64,000 bases of DNA from Eledone cirrhosa (taxonomy: Eukaryota), in NCBI GenBank assembly GCA_964016885.1, contig OZ024740.1, positions 279,868,001 to 279,932,000 of the forward strand. Direction: 5' to 3'. Below are positions 1 to 11,400 of this stretch, piece by piece. Below the pieces are notes generated by a model that was not told where the DNA came from, searched no databases, and worked only from the letters and a program-made list of their open reading frames with translations. How positions within the stretch are numbered: the stretch's first letter is position 1; every line of letters begins with the position of its first letter. The position numbers and the translations under genes were made by a program.

Positions 1-190
1 TCGGATCGATCTGTAATTACTGGTATATGTGCAGACACTCATTGGCTGTGTGTGGTGTGATGTTCAAGAAAAGCTGCCCATGCTAAATGCGGAAGCTGAA
101 GTCCACCAGCGAATGGTGTGCTTCGAAGAAACGAATCACAAAAATGCGAATTTGCCGGCGGAGTTACCTTTTCGATCGTGGGCCGGCCGC

Positions 191-387
191 CTATAGTCAG
201 ATCGATCTGTAATTAGTGGTCCATGTGCAGACACAGATTTGCTGTGTGTGGTGTGATTTTCAAGAAAAACTGCCCATGCTAAATGAGGAAGCTGAAGTCC
301 GGCGTCGAATGGTGTGCTTCGAAGAAAACGAATCACAAAAATGACTATTTACCGGCGGAGTTACCTTTTCGATCGTGGGCCGGCCGC
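191..387. repeat. First example of the divergent 197-bp monomer subtype ('D-type'), about 49 copies in the window
   Basis: Linked variants: ctatagtcag, cacagatttg, aaaaactg/aataactg, gtccggcgtcgaa, an extra A in gaagaaaacg, and aaaatgactatttacc. 35 copies are marked by the 66-aa minus-strand ORF. About 14 more lack the ctatag 5' part (e.g. ~12850, ~21480, ~40320, ~59920). Confidence 0.92.
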
Positions 388-619
388 CTGTGGTCGGATC
401 GATCTGTAATTACTGGTCCATGTGCAGACACACATTTGCTGTGTGTGGTGTGATTTTCACGAAACGTTGCCCATGCTAAATGAGGAAGCTGAAGTCCACC
501 AGCGAATGGTGTGCTTCGAAGAAACGAATCACAAAAATGCGAATTTGCCGGCGGAGTTACCTTTTCGATCGTGGGCCGGCCGCCTGTGGTCGGATCGATC
601 TGTAATTACTGGTATATGT

Positions 620-3600
620 GCAGACTCTCATTGACTGTGTGTGGTGTGATTTTCAAGAAACGCTGCCCATGCTAAATGCGGAAGCTGAAGTCTACCAGCG
701 AATGGTGTGCTTCGAAGAAACGAATCACAAAAATGCGAATTTGCCGGCGGAGTTACCTTTCCGATCGTGGGCCGGCCGCCCGTGGTCGGATCGATCTGTA
801 ATTACTGGTCCATGTGCAGACACACATTTGCTGTGTGTGGTGTGATTTTCAAGAAAAGCTGCCCATGCTAAATGCGGAAGCTGAAGTCCACCAGCGAATG
901 GTGTGCTTCGAAGAAACGAATCACAAAAATGCGAATTTGCCGGCGGAGTTACCTTTTCGAAAGTGGGCCGGCCGCCTGTGGTCGGATCGATCTGTACTTA
1001 CTGGTATATGTGCAAACACTCATTGGCTGTGTGTGGTGTGATGTTCAAGAAAAGCTGCCCATGCTAAATGCGGAAGCTGAAGTCCACCAGCGAATGGTGT
1101 GCTTCGAAGAAACGAATCACAAAAATGCGAATTTGCCGGCGGAGTTACCTTTTCGATCGTGGGCCGGCCGCCTGTGGTCGGATCGATCTGTAATTACTGG
1201 TATATGTGTAGACTCTCATTGACTGTGTGTGGTGTGATTTTCAAGAAACGCTGCCCATGCTAAATGCGGAAGCTGAAGTCCGGCGTCGAATGGTGTGCTT
1301 CGAAGAAACGAATCACAAAAATGCGAATTTGCCGGCGGAGTTACCTTTTCGATCGTGGGCCGGCCGCCTATGGTCGGATCGATCTGTAATTACTGGTATA
1401 TGTGCAGACACTCATTGGCTGTGTGTGGTGTGATGTTCAAGAAAAGCTGCCCATGCTAAATGCGGAAGCTGAAGTCCACCAGCGAATGGTGTGCTTCGAA
1501 GAAACGAATCACAAAAATGCGAATTTGCCGGCGGAGTTACCTTTTCGATCGTGGGCCGGCCGCCTATAGTCAGATCGATCTGTAATTACTGGTCCATGTG
1601 CAGACACAGATTTGCTGTGTGTGGTGTGATTTTCAAGAAAAGCTGCCCATGCTAAATGAGGAAGCTGAAGTCCACCAGCGAATGGTGTGCTTCGAAGAAA
1701 CGAATCACAAAAATGCGAATTTGCCGGCGGAGTTACCTTTTCGATCGTGGGCCGGCCGCCCGTGGTCGGATCGATCTGTAATTACTGGTATATGTGCAGA
1801 CACTCATTGGCTGTGTGTGGTGTGATGTTCAAGAAAAGCTGCCCATGCTAAATGCGGAAGCTGAAGTCCACCAGCGAATGGTGTGCTTCGAAGAAACGAA
1901 TCACAAAAATGCGAATTTGCCGGCGGAGTTACCTTTTCGATCGTGGGCCGGCCGCCTATAGTCAGATCGATCTGTAATTAGTGGTCCATGTGCAGACACA
2001 GATTTGCTGTGTGTGGTGTGATTTTCAAGAAAAACTGCCCATGCTAAATGAGGAAGCTGAAGTCCGGCGTCGAATGGTGTGCTTCGAAGAAAACGAATCA
2101 CAAAAATGACTATTTACCGGCGGAGTTACCTTTTCGATCGTGGGCCGGCCGCCTGTGGTCGGATCGATCTGTAATTACTGGTCCATGTGCAGACACACAT
2201 TTGCTGTGTGTGGTGTGATTTTCACGAAACGTTGCCCATGCTAAATGAGGAAGCTGAAGTCCACCAGCGAATGGTGTGCTTCGAAGAAACGAATCACAAA
2301 AATGCGAATTTGCCGGCGGAGTTACCTTTCCGATCGTGGGCCGGCCGCCCGTGGTCGGATCGATCTGTAATTAATGGTATATGTGCAGACACTCATTGGC
2401 TGTGTGTGGTGTGATTTTCAAGAAAAGCTGCCCATGCTAAATGCGGAAGCTGAAGTCCACCAGCGAATGGTGTGCTTCGAAGAAACGAATCACAAAAATG
2501 CGAATTTGCCGGCGGAGTTACCTTTTCGATCGTGGGCCGGCCGCCTGTGGTCGGATCGATCTGTAATTACTGGTATATGTGTAGACACTCATTGACTGTG
2601 TGTGGTGTGATTTTCAAGAAACGCTGCCCATGCTAAATGCGGAAGCTGAAGTCTACCAGCGAATGGTGTGCTTCGAAGAAACGAATCACAAAAATGCGAA
2701 TTTGCCGGCGGAGTTACCTTTCCGATCGTGGGCCGGCCGCCCGTGGTCGGATCGATCTGTAATTACTGGTCCATGTGCAGACACACATTTGCTGTGTGTG
2801 GTGTGATTTTCAAGAAAAGCTGCCCATGCTAAATGCGGAAGCTGAAGTCCACCAGCGAATGGTGTGCTTCGAAGAAACGAATCACAAAAATGCGAATTTG
2901 CCGGCGGAGTTACCTTTTCGATCGTGGGCCGGCCGCCTGTGGTCGGATCGATCTGTAATTACTGGTATATGTGTAGACACTCATTGACTGTGTGTGGTGT
3001 GATTTTCAAGAAACGCTGCCCATGCTAAATGCGGAAGCTGAAGTCTACCAGCGAATGGTGTGCTTCGAAGAAACGAATCACAAAAATGCGAATTTGCCGG
3101 CGGAGTTACCTTTCCGATCGTGGGCCGGCCGCCCGTGGTCGGATCGATCTGTAATTACTGGTCCATGTGCAGACACACATTTGCTGTGTGTGGTGTGATT
3201 TTCAAGAAAAGCTGCCCATGCTAAATGCGGAAGCTGAAGTCCACCAGCGAATGGTGTGCTTCGAAGAAACGAATCACAAAAATGCGAATTTGCCGGCGGA
3301 GTTACCTTTTCGAAAGTGGGCCGGCCGCCTGTGGTCGGATCGATCTGTACTTACTGGTATATGTGCAGACACTCATTGGCTGTGTGTGGTGTGATGTTCA
3401 AGAAAAGCTGCCCATGCTAAATGCGGAAGCTGAAGTCCACCAGCGAATGGTGTGCTTCGAAGAAACGAATCACAAAAATGCGAATTTGCCGGCGGAGTTA
3501 CCTTTTCGATCGTGGGCCGGCCGCCTGTGGTCGGATCGATCTGTAATTACTGGTATATGTGTAGACTCTCATTGACTGTGTGTGGTGTGATTTTCAAGAA

Positions 3601-5100
3601 ACGCTGCCCATGCTAAATGCGGAAGCTGAAGTCTACCAGCGAATGGTGTGCTTCGAAGAAACGAATCACAAAAATGCGAATTTGCCGGCGGAGTTACCTT
3701 TTCGATCGTGGGCCGGCCGCCTATGGTCGGATCGATCTGTAATTACTGGTATATGTGCAGACACTCATTGGCTGTGTGTGGTGTGATGTTCAAGAAAAGC
3801 TGCCCATGCTAAATGCGGAAGCTGAAGTCCACCAGCGAATGGTGTGCTTCGAAGAAACGAATCACAAAAATGCGAATTTGCCGGCGGAGTTACCTTTTCG
3901 ATCGTGGGCCGGCCGCCTATAGTCAGATCGATCTGTAATTACTGGTCCATGTGCAGACACAGATTTGCTGTGTGTGGTGTGATTTTCAAGAAAAGCTGCC
4001 CATGCTAAATGAGGAAGCTGAAGTCCACCAGCGAATGGTGTGCTTCGAAGAAACGAATCACAAAAATGCGAATTTGCCGGCGGAGTTACCTTTTCGATCG
4101 TGGGCCGGCCGCCCGTGGTCGGATCGATCTGTAATTACTGGTATATGTGCAGACACTCATTGGCTGTGTGTGGTGTGATGTTCAAGAAAAGCTGCCCATG
4201 CTAAATGCGGAAGCTGAAGTCCACCAGCGAATGGTGTGCTTCGAAGAAACGAATCACAAAAATGCGAATTTGCCGGCGGAGTTACCTTTTCGATCGTGGG
4301 CCGGCCGCCTATAGTCAGATCGATCTGTAATTAGTGGTCCATGTGCAGACACAGATTTGCTGTGTGTGGTGTGATTTTCAAGAAAAACTGCCCATGCTAA
4401 ATGAGGAAGCTGAAGTCCGGCGTCGAATGGTGTGCTTCGAAGAAAACGAATCACAAAAATGACTATTTACCGGCGGAGTTACCTTTTCGATCGTGGGCCG
4501 GCCGCCTGTGGTCGGATCGATCTGTAATTACTGGTCCATGTGCAGACACACATTTGCTGTGTGTGGTGTGATTTTCACGAAACGTTGCCCATGCTAAATG
4601 AGGAAGCTGAAGTCCACCAGCGAATGGTGTGCTTCGAAGAAACGAATCACAAAAATGCGAATTTGCCGGCGGAGTTACCTTTCCGATCGTGGGCCGGCCG
4701 CCCGTGGTCGGATCGATCTGTAATTAATGGTATATGTGCAGACACTCATTGGCTGTGTGTGGTGTGATTTTCAAGAAAAGCTGCCCATGCTAAATGCGGA
4801 AGCTGAAGTCCACCAGCGAATGGTGTGCTTCGAAGAAACGAATCACAAAAATGCGAATTTGCCGGCGGAGTTACCTTTTCGATCGTGGGCCGGCCGCCTG
4901 TGGTCGGATCGATCTGTAATTACTGGTATATGTGTAGACACTCATTGACTGTGTGTGGTGTGATTTTCAAGAAACGCTGCCCATGCTAAATGCGGAAGCT
5001 GAAGTCTACCAGCGAATGGTGTGCTTCGAAGAAACGAATCACAAAAATGCGAATTTGCCGGCGGAGTTACCTTTTCGATCGTGGGCCGGCCGCCCGTGGT
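620..5100. repeat. Tandem block duplication, period 2353 bp (12 monomers), with an internal 392-bp dimer duplication
   Basis: Variant monomers recur at +2353: 814/3167, 872/3225, 1598/3951, 1901/4254, 2187/4540, 2374/4727. The dimer repeat is seen at 2600/2992. Confidence 0.85.
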
Positions 5101-8100
5101 CGGATCGATCTGTAATTACTGGTACATGTGCAGACACTCATTGACTGTGTGTGGTGTGATGTTCAAGAAAAGCTGCCCATGCTAAATGCGGAAGCTGAAG
5201 TCCACCAGCGAATGGTGTGCTTCGAAGAAACGAATCACAAAAATGCGAATTTGCCGGCGGAGTTACCTTTTCGATCGTGGGCCGGCCGCCTATAGTCAGA
5301 TCGATCTGTAATTACTGGTCCATGTGCAGACACAGATTTGCTGTGTGTGGTGTGATTTTCAAGAATAACTGCCCATGCTAAATGAGGAAGCTGAAGTCCG
5401 GCGTCGAATGGTGTGCTTCGAAGAAAACGAATCACAAAAATGACTATTTACCGGCGGAGTTACCTTTTCGATCGTGGGCCGGCCGCCTTTGGTCGGATCA
5501 ATCTGTAATTACTGGTCCATGTGCAGACACACATTTGCTGTGTGTGGTGTGATTTTCACGAAACGTTGCCCATGCTAAATGCAGAAGCTGAAGTCCACCA
5601 GCGAATGGTGTGCTTCGAAGAAACGAATCACAAAAATGCGAATTTGCCGGCGGAGTTACCTTTTCGATCGTGGGCCGGCCGCCTATGGTCGGATCGATCT
5701 GTAATTACTGGTCCATGTGCAGACACACATTTGCTGTGTGTGGTGTGATTTTCAAGAAAAGCTGCCCATGCTAAATGCGGAAGCTGAAGTCCACCAGCGA
5801 ATGGTGTGCTTCGAAGAAACGAATCACAAAAATGCGAATTTGCCGGCGGAGTTACCTTTTCGATCGTGGGCCGGCCGCCTGTGGTCGGATCGATCTGTAA
5901 TTACTGGTATATGTGTAGACACTCATTGACTGTGTGTGGTGTGATTTTCAAGAAACGCTGCCCATGCTAAATGCGGAAGCTGAAGTCTACCAGCGAATGG
6001 TGTGCTTCGAAGAAACGAATCACAAAAATGCGAATTTGCCGGCGGAGTTACCTTTTCGATCGTGGGCCGGCCGCCCGTGGTCGGATCGATCTGTAATTAC
6101 TGGTACATGTGCAGACACTCATTGACTGTGTGTGGTGTGATTTTCAAGAAAAGCTGCCCATGCTAAATGCGGAAGCTGAAGACCACCAGCGAATGGTGTG
6201 CTTCGAAGAAACGAATCACAAAAATGCGAATTTGCCGGCGGAGTTACCTTTTCGATCGTGGGCCGGCCGCCCGTGGTCGGATCGATCTGTAATTACTGGT
6301 ATATGTGCAGACACTCATTGGCTGTGTGTGGTGTGATTTTCAAGAAAAGCTGCCCATGCTAAATGAGGAAGCTGAAGTCCACCAGCGAATGGTGTGCTTC
6401 GAAGAAACGAATCACAAAAATGCGAATTTGCCGGCGGAGTTACCTTTTCGATCGTGGGCCGGCCGCCTATGGTCGGATCGATCTGTAATTACTGGTCCAT
6501 GTGCAGACACACATTTGCTGTGTGTGGTGTGATTTTCAAGAAAAGCTGCCCATGCTAAATGCGGAAGCTGAAGTCCACCAGCGAATGGTGTGCTTCGAAG
6601 AAACGAATCACAAAAATGCGAATTTGCCGGCGGAGTTACCTTTTCGAAAGTGGGCCGGCCGCCTGTGGTCGGATCGATCTGTACTTACTGGTATATGTGC
6701 AGACACTCATTGGCTGTGTGTGGTGTGATTTTCAAGAAAAGCTGCCCATGCTAAATGAGGAAGCTGAAGTCCACCAGCGAATGGTGTGCTTCGAAGAAAC
6801 GAATCACAAAAATGCGAATTTGCCGGCGGAGTTACCTTTTCGATCGTGGGCCGGCCGCCCGTGGTCGGATCGATCTGTAATTACTGGTATATGTGCAGAC
6901 ACTCATTGGCTGTGTGTGGTGTGATGTTCAAGAAAAGCTGCCCATGCTAAATGCGGAAGCTGAAGTCCACCAGCGAATGGTGTGCTTCGAAGAAACGAAT
7001 CACAAAAATGCGAATTTGCCGGCGGAGTTACCTTTTCGATCGTGGGCCGGCCGCCTATAGTCAGATCGATCTGTAATTAGTGGTCCATGTGCAGACACAG
7101 ATTTGCTGTGTGTGGTGTGATTTTCAAGAAAAACTGCCCATGCTAAATGAGGAAGCTGAAGTCCGGCGTCGAATGGTGTGCTTCGAAGAAAACGAATCAC
7201 AAAAATGACTATTTACCGGCGGAGTTACCTTTTCGATCGTGGGCCGGCCGCCTGTGGTCGGATCGATCTGTAATTACTGGTCCATGTGCAGACACACATT
7301 TGCTGTGTGTGGTGTGATTTTCACGAAACGTTGCCCATGCTAAATGAGGAAGCTGAAGTCCACCAGCGAATGGTGTGCTTCGAAGAAACGAATCACAAAA
7401 ATGCGAATTTGCCGGCGGAGTTACCTTTTCGATCGTGGGCCGGCCGCCTGTGGTCGGATCGATCTGTAATTACTGGTATATGTGCAGACTCTCATTGACT
7501 GTGTGTGGTGTGATTTTCAAGAAACGCTGCCCATGCTAAATGCGGAAGCTGAAGTCTACCAGCGAATGGTGTGCTTCGAAGAAACGAATCACAAAAATGC
7601 GAATTTGCCGGCGGAGTTACCTTTCCGATCGTGGGCCGGCCGCCCGTGGTCGGATCGATCTGTAATTAATGGTATATGTGCAGACACTCATTGGCTGTGT
7701 GTGGTGTGATTTTCAAGAAAAGCTGCCCATGCTAAATGCGGAAGCTGAAGTCCACCAGCGAATGGTGTGCTTCGAAGAAACGAATCACAAAAATGCGAAT
7801 TTGCCGGCGGAGTTACCTTTTCGATCGTGGGCCGGCCGCCTGTGGTCGGATCGATCTGTAATTACTGGTATATGTGTAGACACTCATTGACTGTGTGTCG
7901 TGTGATTTTCAAGAAACGCTGCCCATGCTAAATGCGGAAGCTGAAGTCTACCAGCGAATGGTGTGCTTCGAAGAAACGAATCACAAAAATGCGAATTTGC
8001 CGGCGGAGTTACCTTTTCGATCGTGGGCCGGCCGCCCGTGGTCGGATCGATCTGTAATTACTGGTACATGTGCAGACACTCATTGACTGTGTGTGGTGTG

Positions 8101-8469
8101 ATTTTCAAGAAAAGCTGCCCATGCTAAATGCGGAAGCTGAAGACCACCAGCGAATGGTGTGCTTCGAAGAAACGAATCACAAAAATGCGAATTTGCCGGC
8201 GGAGTTACCTTTTCGATCGTGGGCCGGCCACCCGTGGTCGGATCGATCTGTAATTACTGGTATATGTGCAGACACTCATTGGTTGTGTGTGGTGTGATTT
8301 TCAAGAAAAGCTGCCCATGCTAAATGAGGAAGCTGAAGTCCACCAGCGAATGGTGTGCTTCGAAGAAACGAATCACAAAAATGCGAATTTGCCGGCGGAG
8401 TAACCTTTTCGATCGTGGGCCGGCCGCCTATGGTCGGATCGATCTGTAATTACTGGTCCATGTGCAGAC

Positions 8470-11400
8470 ACACATTTGCTGTGTGTGGTGTGATTTTCAA
8501 GAAAAGCTGCCCATGCTAAATGCGGAAGCTGAAGTCCACCAGCGAATGGTGTGCTTCGAAGAAACGAATCACAAAAATGCGAATTTGCCGGCGGAGTTAC
8601 CTTTTCGAAAGTGGGCCGGCCGCCTGTGGTCGGATCGATCTGTACTTACTGGTATATGTGCAGACACTCATTGGCTGTGTGTGGTGTGATTTTCAAGAAA
8701 AGCTGCCCATGCTAAATGAGGAAGCTGAAGTCCACCAGCGAATGGTGTGCTTCGAAGAAACGAATCACAAAAATGCGAATTTGCCGGCGGAGTTACCTTT
8801 TCGATCGTGGGCCGGCCGCCCGTGGTCGGATCGATCTGTAATTACTGGTATATGTGCAGACACTCATTGGCTGTGTGTGGTGTGATGTTCAAGAAAAGCT
8901 GCCCATGCTAAATGCGGAAGCTGAAGTCCACCAGCGAATGGTGTGCTTCGAAGAAACGAATCACAAAAATGCGAATTTGCCGGCGGAGTTACCTTTTCGA
9001 TCGTGGGCCGGCCGCCTATGGTCGGATCGATCTGTAATTACTGGTCCATATGCAGACACACATTTGCTGTGTGTGGTGTGATTTTCAAGAAAAGCTGCCC
9101 ATGCTAAATGCGGAAGCTGAAGTCTACCAGCGAATGGTGTGCTTCGAAGAAACGAATCACAAAAATGCGAATTTGCCAGCGGAGTTACCTTTTCGATCGT
9201 GGGCCGGCCGCCTGTGGTCGGATCGATCTGTAATTAGTGGTATATGTGCAGACACTCATTGGCTGTGTGTGGTGTGATTTTCAAGAAAGGCTGCCCATGC
9301 TAAATGCGGAAGCTGAAGTCCACCAGCGAATGGTGTGCTTCGAAGAAACGAATCACAAAAATGCGAATTTGCCGGCGGAGTTACCTTTTCGATCGTGGGC
9401 CGGCCGCCTGTGGTCGGATCGATCTGTAATTACTGGTATATGTGTAGACACTCATTGACTGTGTGTGGTGTGATTTTCAAGAAACGCTGCCCATGCTAAA
9501 TGCGGAAGCTGAAGTCTACCAGCGAATGGTGTGCTTCGAAGAAACGAATCACAAAAATGCGAATTTGCCGGCGGAGTTACCTTTTCGATCGTGGGCCGGC
9601 CGCCCGTGGTCGGATCGATCTGTAATTACTGGTACATGTGCAGACACTCATTGACTGTGTGTGGTGTGATTTTCAAGAAAAGCTGCCCATGCTAAATGCG
9701 GAAGCTGAAGACCACCAGCGAATTGTGTGCTTCGAAGAAACGAATCACAAAAATGCGAATTTGCCGGCGGAGTTACCTTTTCGATCGTGGGCCGGCCGCC
9801 CGTGGTCGGATCGATCTGTAATTACTGGTATATGTGCAGACACTCATTGGCTGTGTGTGGTGTGATTTTCAAGAAAAGCTGCCCATGCTAAATGAGGAAG
9901 CTGAAGTCCACCAGCGAATGGTGTGCTTCGAAGAAACGAATCACAAAAATGCGAATTTGCCGGCGGAGTAACCTTTTCGATCCTGGCCGGCCGCCCGTGG
10001 TCGGATCGATTTGTAATTACTGGTACATGTGCAGACACACATTGCCTGTGTGTGGTGTGATTTTCAAGAAAGGTTGCCCATGCTAAATGCGGAAGCTGAA
10101 GTCCACCAGCGAATGGTGTGCTTCGAAGAAACGAATCACAAAAATGCGAATTTGCCGGCGGAGTTACCTTTTCGATCGTGGGCCGGCCGCCTATGGTCGG
10201 ATCGATCTGTAATTACTGGTCCATGTGCAGACACAGATTTGCTGTGTGTGGTGTGATTTTCAAGAAAAGCTGCCCATGCTAAATGCGGAAGCTGAAGTCC
10301 ACCAGCGAATGGTGTGCTTCGAAGAAACGAATCACAAAAATGCGAATTTGCCGGCGGAGTTACCTTTTCGAAAGTGGGCCGGCCGCCTGAGGTCGGATCG
10401 ATCTGTACTTACTGGTATATGTGCAGACACTCATTGGCTGTGTGTGGTGTGATTTTCAAGAAAAGCTGCCCATGCTAAATGAGGAAGCTGAAGTCCACCA
10501 TCGAATGGTGTGCTTCGAAGAAACGAATCACAAAAATGCGAATTTGCCGGCGGAGTTACCTTTTCATTCGTGGGCCGGCCGCCCGTGGTCGGATCGATCT
10601 GTAATTACTGGTATATGTGCAGACACTCATTGGCTGTGTGTGGTGTGATGTTCAAGAAAAGCTGCCCATGCTAAATGCGGAAGCTGAAGTCCACCAGCGA
10701 ATGGTGTGCTTCGAAGAAACGAATCACAAAAATGCGAATTTGCCGGCGGAGTTACCTTTTCGATCGTGGGCCGGCCGCCTATAGTCAGATCGATCTGTAA
10801 TTAGTGGTCCATGTGCAGACACAGATTTGCTGTGTGTGGTGTGATTTTCAAGAAAAACTGCCCATGCTAAATGAGGAAGCTGAAGTCCGGCGTCGAATGG
10901 TGTGCTTCGAAGAAAACGAATCACAAAAATGACTATTTACCGGCGGAGTTACCTTTTCGATCGTGGGCCGGCCGCCTGTGGTCGGATCGATCTGTAATTA
11001 CTGGTCCATGTGCAGACACACATTTGCTGTGTGTGGTGTGATTTTCACGAAACGTTGCCCATGCTAAATGAGGAAGCTGAAGTCCACCAGCGAATGGTGT
11101 GCTTCGAAGAAACGAATCACAAAAATGCGAATTTGCCGGCGGAGTTACCTTTTCGATCGTGGGCCGGCCGCCTGTGGTCGGATCGATCTGTAATTACTGG
11201 TATATGTGCAGACTCTCATTGACTGTGTGTGGTGTGATTTTCAAGAAACGCTGCCCATGCTAAATGCGGAAGCTGAAGTCTACCAGCGAATGGTGTGCTT
11301 CGAAGAAACGAATCACAAAAATGCGAATTTGCCGGCGGAGTAACCTTTTCGATCCTGGCCGGCCGCCCGTGGTCGGATCGATTTGTAATTACTGGTACAT

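Noticed and set aside
47-59. TG-rich tract (tgtgtgtggtgtg) as a telomeric repeat or microsatellite
   Set aside because: It is only ~13 bp, constant in length, and an integral part of the monomer.
96-137. Hammerhead ribozyme or retrozyme (CTGAAG, a hairpin, then GAAAC)
   Set aside because: The core reads CUGAAGU rather than CUGANGA, GAAA does not directly follow the stem, and no stem III with an NUH site is evident. No CUGANGA exists on the minus strand.
1-196. Trypanosoma cruzi 195-bp satellite (similar length and GC)
   Set aside because: The diagnostic primer sequences as I recall them (CGAGCTCTTGCCCACACGGG, CCTCCAAGCAGCGGATAG) are absent on both strands. Only the size is similar. A BLAST search would settle it.
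105-196. HDV-like ribozyme (GGCCGGC and GCGAAUGG resemble the HDV ends)
   Set aside because: I could not build the P1/P2/P3/P1.1 nested pseudoknot in the required order. The motif similarity appears coincidental.
1-196. tRNA, 5S rRNA or spliced-leader tandem gene array
   Set aside because: There is no GTTCGANNC B-box in a cloverleaf context and no recognisable 5S or spliced-leader sequence.
258-267. Heat-shock element (TTCnnGAA)
   Set aside because: Only two nGAAn units are present, and a canonical HSE needs at least three alternating units.
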